NCBI GenBank assembly: GCA_020721655.1
Contig: DYMG01000005.1
Coordinates: 1-54,750 of the forward strand
Length of the DNA stretch: 54,750 nucleotides
Source: Paludibacter propionicigenes
GTDB taxonomy: Bacteria; Bacteroidota; Bacteroidia; Bacteroidales; JAFGXI01
Direction: 5' to 3'
Shown here one piece after another: positions 50,776 through 54,750 of the stretch. Under the pieces are notes generated by a model. The model was given only the letters and a program-made list of their open reading frames with translations, did not search any database and was not told the DNA's origin. Every line of letters begins with the position of its first letter. Position 1 is the first letter of the stretch. The translations under genes were made by a program, and so were the position numbers.

Positions 50776-51300
50776 TTATTTTTCTTCTCTTTCTGATAAT
50801 GTTTTCACTAATCCAGATAGTATATGTCCGCTTGATTGTAAAGCAGATATTACGTTCTTAGCTGGCGATTGTAACAATAATACAATGTCTCCAATAAGTT
50901 CGTTTTTAGTTTTTACAGATACTAATGCATCTAATTGGTTATCTCCAACATATACTGATTCTTCAACATAAGCGGCTTTAAGTATAGGTTTGCTACTGCT
51001 TTTTCTAAATTCTTTAATTAGTTTTGCAGGAGCGTTACCTGTATTGGAAAACATAATTGTAGTATTACCTACAAGTGTGTTATACAAGTCTTTATACTCA
51101 CCTTCAGCTTGTTCTAGTGCTAACTTTAACAGAGTGTTTTTTACTACTGCTAATTTGATATCATTTTCAAAACATTTCCTTCTTAAGTTGCTAGTATCTT
51201 TAGCATTTAGTCCCTCTATATCAGTAATATAAAGATGCGACCAAGTTTTAATTTGTTCTGATAAAACTTCAACCACTTTAGCTTTTTCCTCTTTTCTCAT
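50776..51300 (-). CDS. rplJ: 50S ribosomal protein L10
   Basis: LRRKC...VVKNTL; operon position. Confidence 0.98.
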   Translation of the reverse strand: MRKEEKAKVVEVLSEQIKTWSHLYITDIEGLNAKDTSNLRRKCFENDIKLAVVKNTLLKLALEQAEGEYKDLYNTLVGNTTIMFSNTGNAPAKLIKEFRKSSSKPILKAAYVEESVYVGDNQLDALVSVKTKNELIGDIVLLLQSPAKNVISALQSSGHILSGLVKTLSEREEK

Positions 51301-51311
51301 AATAATACAAA

Positions 51312-52007
51312 TTAAATCTCGAATGATTTAGGATCTACTTTAATTCCTGGTCCCATAGTACTAGATAAGTACACGCTTAGTACGTAAGTACCTTTAGCAG
51401 CTGTTGGTTTAAGTTTGTTTATTGTATGAAATATCTCATTTGCATTTTCTTTAATTTTATCGGTATCGAAAGATACTTTAGCGATAGATGCATGAATTAT
51501 TCCGTACTTATCAACTTTAAAGTCAATTTTACCAGCTTTTACTTCTTTTACGGCTTTTCCAACTTCAGGGGTAACTGTACCACTTTTTGGATTAGGCATT
51601 AAACCTCTAGGTCCTAAAACCTTACCAAGTTTTCCTAATTTAGCCATTACTTGAGGCATTGTTATAATTACATCGATATCTGTCCAACCTTCTTGAATTT
51701 TTTCGATATAATCATCTAAGCCAACAAAATCAGCACCTGCGTCTTTTGCTTCTTGTTCTTTATCTGGAGTGCATAAAACTAGAACTCTAGTTTCTTTTCC
51801 AGTACCGTGAGGTAGAGATACAATACCACGTACCATTTGATTGGCTTTACGTGGATCTACTCCTAAACGAACAGCAAAATCTACAGAAGCATCAAACTTT
51901 GATGTTGATGTCTCTTTAACCAAACGAGAAGCATCTGATATATTATATTCGAATCCTTTTTCGAATTTTTCACTTACAGCTTTCTGTTTTTTTGTTAATT
52001 TAGCCAT
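51312..52007 (-). CDS. rplA: 50S ribosomal protein L1
   Basis: [24 protein letters not shown]. Confidence 0.99.
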   Translation of the reverse strand: MAKLTKKQKAVSEKFEKGFEYNISDASRLVKETSTSKFDASVDFAVRLGVDPRKANQMVRGIVSLPHGTGKETRVLVLCTPDKEQEAKDAGADFVGLDDYIEKIQEGWTDIDVIITMPQVMAKLGKLGKVLGPRGLMPNPKSGTVTPEVGKAVKEVKAGKIDFKVDKYGIIHASIAKVSFDTDKIKENANEIFHTINKLKPTAAKGTYVLSVYLSSTMGPGIKVDPKSFEI

Positions 52008-52018
52008 TTTTTAATTTT

Positions 52019-52462
52019 TTAATTTTTCGTAGGATTTTCGCCTGTTACAACTATACCCATACTGCGTGCAGTTCCTGCAACCATACTAATGGCGCTTTCA
52101 ATAGTAAATGCATTTAGGTCTGGCATTTTGTTCTCAGCAATTTCTCTAACTTGTTCCCAAGTTATTTTCCCTACTTTGTTACGATTAGATTCTGGTGACC
52201 CAGATTTCAATTTTGCGGCTTCTAATAATTGTACAGCTGCGGGAGGTGTTTTTACAACGAAAGTGAAAGATTTGTCAGAAAAAACAGTTATTACAACTGG
52301 AAGCGTTTTTCCTGCTTGGTCTTGTGTTCTTGCGTTGAATTGCTTGCAAAACTCCATTATATTAACACCTTTTGAACCTAATGCTGGTCCTACTGGTGGT
52401 GATGGATTTGCTGCTCCTCCTTTAATCTGTAATTTAATAAACCCTTCTACTTGTTTTGCCAT
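52019..52462 (-). CDS. rplK: 50S ribosomal protein L11
   Basis: [19 protein letters not shown]. Confidence 0.99.
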   Translation of the reverse strand: MAKQVEGFIKLQIKGGAANPSPPVGPALGSKGVNIMEFCKQFNARTQDQAGKTLPVVITVFSDKSFTFVVKTPPAAVQLLEAAKLKSGSPESNRNKVGKITWEQVREIAENKMPDLNAFTIESAISMVAGTARSMGIVVTGENPTKN

Positions 52463-52489
52463 AATTCAAACTCCGTCTCTGTTATTAAA

Positions 52490-53038
52490 TTATTCTTTTA
52501 CTACTTGTAAATAGCTAAGCTCTAAAGGCGATTTTCTGCCAAAAATTTTAACTATTACTTTAAGTTTCTTTTTTTCTGAATTTACTTCCTCAATTACTCC
52601 CGAAAATCCATTAAAAGGTCCATCTGTAACCTTAACAGTTTCGCCAACATAGAACGATGCACTTAATTCTTCATCGCTAGCTTCTAGCTCATCAACAGTA
52701 CCGAGTATTCTATTTACTTCACTCATTCTTAATGGAGTTGGACGTCCGCCTTTTTCGGCTCCCAAAAATCCAATTATTCCATTTATTCCTTTAATTATAT
52801 GCTCAACTTCGCCATCTAAGGCTGCTTCAATAAGTATGTACCCTGGAAAAAAACTTCTTTCTTTGCTTATTTTTTTCCCACTCCTCATCTGAAATACTTT
52901 TTCTGTTGGGATAAGCACTTGTGCAACATAATCGCTAAATTTAGCAGCACTTATTTCAAATTCGATTAATTCTTTAATCTTTTTTTCTTTCCCAGACATT
53001 GCACGTACAACGTACCACTTTTTTTCTATTTCAGCCAT
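52490..53038 (-). CDS. nusG: Transcription factor NusG
   Basis: KWYVV, FFPGY, KOW motif DGPFNGFSG, IFGR. Confidence 0.98.
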   Translation of the reverse strand: MAEIEKKWYVVRAMSGKEKKIKELIEFEISAAKFSDYVAQVLIPTEKVFQMRSGKKISKERSFFPGYILIEAALDGEVEHIIKGINGIIGFLGAEKGGRPTPLRMSEVNRILGTVDELEASDEELSASFYVGETVKVTDGPFNGFSGVIEEVNSEKKKLKVIVKIFGRKSPLELSYLQVVKE

Positions 53039-53056
53039 TACTATTTACAATACACT

Positions 53057-53248
53057 TTAGTAAAAAATATTATAAATGAACTCCATTATATTTTTGAAAG
53101 CCCCATCCATAGCAGAAATTATTAGAGCTATTATTATTGATGCTACCATTACTATAATAGAACTTCCTTGTAATTCTTTCCATGTAGGCCAAGTTACTTT
53201 TTCAACTAACTCCCTATATGCTTCACCAAAATATGATAATATTTTCAT
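53057..53248 (-). CDS. secE: Preprotein translocase SecE
   Basis: ELVEKVTWPT plus one TM helix; lies between tRNA-Trp and nusG. Confidence 0.95.
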   Translation of the reverse strand: MKILSYFGEAYRELVEKVTWPTWKELQGSSIIVMVASIIIALIISAMDGAFKNIMEFIYNIFY

Positions 53249-53262
53249 CTATAATTATTTTG

Positions 53263-53335
53263 CACGGGTGGAGAGACTCGAACTCCCAACCTACGGTTTT
53301 GGAGACCGCCACTCTACCAATTGAGCCACACCCGT
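53263..53335 (-). tRNA. tRNA-Trp (CCA)
   Basis: Cloverleaf with ACGGGTG/CACCCGT acceptor stem, anticodon loop CTCCAAA and GTTCGAG T-loop; CCA end not encoded. Confidence 0.97.
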
Positions 53336-53340
53336 AAATT

Positions 53341-53364
53341 ATAGGTGGCTTTTACACCACCTAT
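53341..53364 (-). other. Stem-loop between tuf and tRNA-Trp
   Basis: ATAGGTGG-8 nt-CCACCTAT perfect 8 bp stem; possible processing or stability hairpin, or weak terminator. Confidence 0.5.
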
Positions 53365-53371
53365 TAAATAT

Positions 53372-54559
53372 CTATTTTATAATTTCTATTACTTGACCTG
53401 CACCTACAGTACGACCACCTTCACGAATTGCGAAAGTTAATCCTTTGTCGATTGCTACTGGAGTAATTAATTCTACTGTAATAGTTACGTTATCGCCAGG
53501 CATAACCATTTCAACACCTTCTGGTAATTGAATTTCACCTGTTACATCTAATGTACGCAAGTAGAATTGTGGACGATAATTGTTATGGAATGGAGTATGA
53601 CGTCCACCTTCTTCTTTTTTCAATACATAAACTTCAGCTTTGAATTTAGTATGAGGTGTTATTGAACCTGGTTTAGCTATAACCATACCACGTTTAATTT
53701 CTTTTTTATCAACGCCACGAAGTAATAAACCTACGTTATCTCCAGCTTCTCCTCTATCAAGAATTTTACGGAACATTTCTACTCCTGTACAAACTGTTTT
53801 TTTGTTTTCTGAACCTAATCCAATAATATGAATTTCATCTCCAGTATTTACAATACCAGTTTCAATTCTACCTGTTGCTACAGTACCTCTACCTGTAATA
53901 GAGAATACATCTTCAACTGGCATAAGGAATGGTTTGTCAATTAAACGTGGAGGAATTGGAATCCACTCATCAACAGCGTTCATCAAATCCATTACTTTTT
54001 CAACCCATTCTGGTTCACCATTAAGTGCACCTAAAGCTGAACCTAAAATTACTGGAGTATTATCACCATCATATTTATAGAAAGCTAATAATTCACGAAC
54101 TTCCATTTCTACAAGTTCTAGCATTTCTTGATCGTCAACCATATCAACTTTATTCAAGAAAACAACCAAACGAGGCACGTTTACTTGGCGAGCTAATAAA
54201 ATATGTTCACGAGTTTGAGGCATAGGACCATCAGTAGCTGCAACAACTATAATAGCACCGTCCATTTGAGCAGCTCCTGTAACCATGTTTTTTACATAGT
54301 CGGCGTGACCTGGACAGTCAACGTGTGCGTAATGACGTTTTTCAGTTGTATATTCTACGTGAGCGGTATTAATTGTGATACCTCTTTCTTTTTCTTCAGG
54401 AGCGTTATCGATAGAATCGAATGAACGTACTTCTGATAACCCTTTAGAAGCTAACACTGTAGTGATAGCAGCTGTTAAAGTAGTTTTTCCGTGATCTACG
54501 TGGCCTATAGTACCAATATTTACGTGAGCTTTAGATCTATCAAATTTTTCTTTTGCCAT
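53372..54559 (-). CDS. tuf: Elongation factor Tu
   Basis: [20 protein letters not shown]. Confidence 0.99.
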   Translation of the reverse strand: MAKEKFDRSKAHVNIGTIGHVDHGKTTLTAAITTVLASKGLSEVRSFDSIDNAPEEKERGITINTAHVEYTTEKRHYAHVDCPGHADYVKNMVTGAAQMDGAIIVVAATDGPMPQTREHILLARQVNVPRLVVFLNKVDMVDDQEMLELVEMEVRELLAFYKYDGDNTPVILGSALGALNGEPEWVEKVMDLMNAVDEWIPIPPRLIDKPFLMPVEDVFSITGRGTVATGRIETGIVNTGDEIHIIGLGSENKKTVCTGVEMFRKILDRGEAGDNVGLLLRGVDKKEIKRGMVIAKPGSITPHTKFKAEVYVLKKEEGGRHTPFHNNYRPQFYLRTLDVTGEIQLPEGVEMVMPGDNVTITVELITPVAIDKGLTFAIREGGRTVGAGQVIEIIK

Positions 54560-54607
54560 AGCAATGCTGTTTAATTCAACTAATAATTAATAATTAAAAA
54601 ATATTTG

Positions 54608-54679
<72 letters not shown>

Positions 54680-54696
54680 ATTACAAAAATGCCTTG

Positions 54697-54750
54697 AGCG
54701 GGCAACGAGACTCGAACTCGCGACGTTCAGCTTGGAAGGCTGAAGCTCTA
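54697..54750 (-). tRNA. tRNA-Gly (TCC), 5' end truncated by the window edge
   Basis: TCAGC-CTTCCAA-GCTGA anticodon arm, GTTCGAG T-loop, 3' TGCCCGC-T. Confidence 0.92.

Noticed and set aside
42271-54424. Multiple plus-strand ORFs of 66-141 aa within rpoC, rpoB, rpl genes, secE and tuf
   Set aside because: Antisense shadows of highly conserved genes; one also runs through tRNA-Trp; no independent coding evidence

Overview
AT-rich chromosomal window from a Bacteroidota bacterium, probably an anaerobic Bacteroidales-like lineage. Support: three T9SS C-terminal-domain proteins, TAnnTTTG promoters, mostly SD-less starts, HmuY, RNase Y and a Bacteroidetes-type rpoBC-DUF3467 locus. Left part: a repeat lipoprotein, an ACP with a GNAT-like partner, a Cache-HAMP-GAF-PAS sensor with no output domain, a BNR/T9SS protein, a TPR protein and STAS-rnz. 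12.4-23.5 kb: a complete 13-gene Mrp-Mbx/MBS-type respiratory complex. It has no NiFe motifs, a three-Cys MbsJ and MbsL-type cysteines, and it ends in an MbsN-GltD-like NAD(P)H-module fusion. Middle: metabolic genes (MBL hydrolase, PAP2, secreted deiminase, ispH, cmk, tdh, bioD), a TlpA-DUF6029-Omp28 cluster with a divergent T9SS cargo, all carrying Cys pairs, then pyrD and a TonB receptor-hmuY operon. That operon is preceded by a near-leaderless membrane-anchored uORF ending in RGPP and a long hairpin, a candidate ribosome-arrest regulator of heme uptake. Right part: zapB-zapA-6S RNA-rny and the core tRNA-tuf-tRNA-secE-nusG-rplKAJL-rpoBC cluster. No mobile elements or CRISPR arrays were seen. 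All family assignments come from motif recognition by eye, without database searches.
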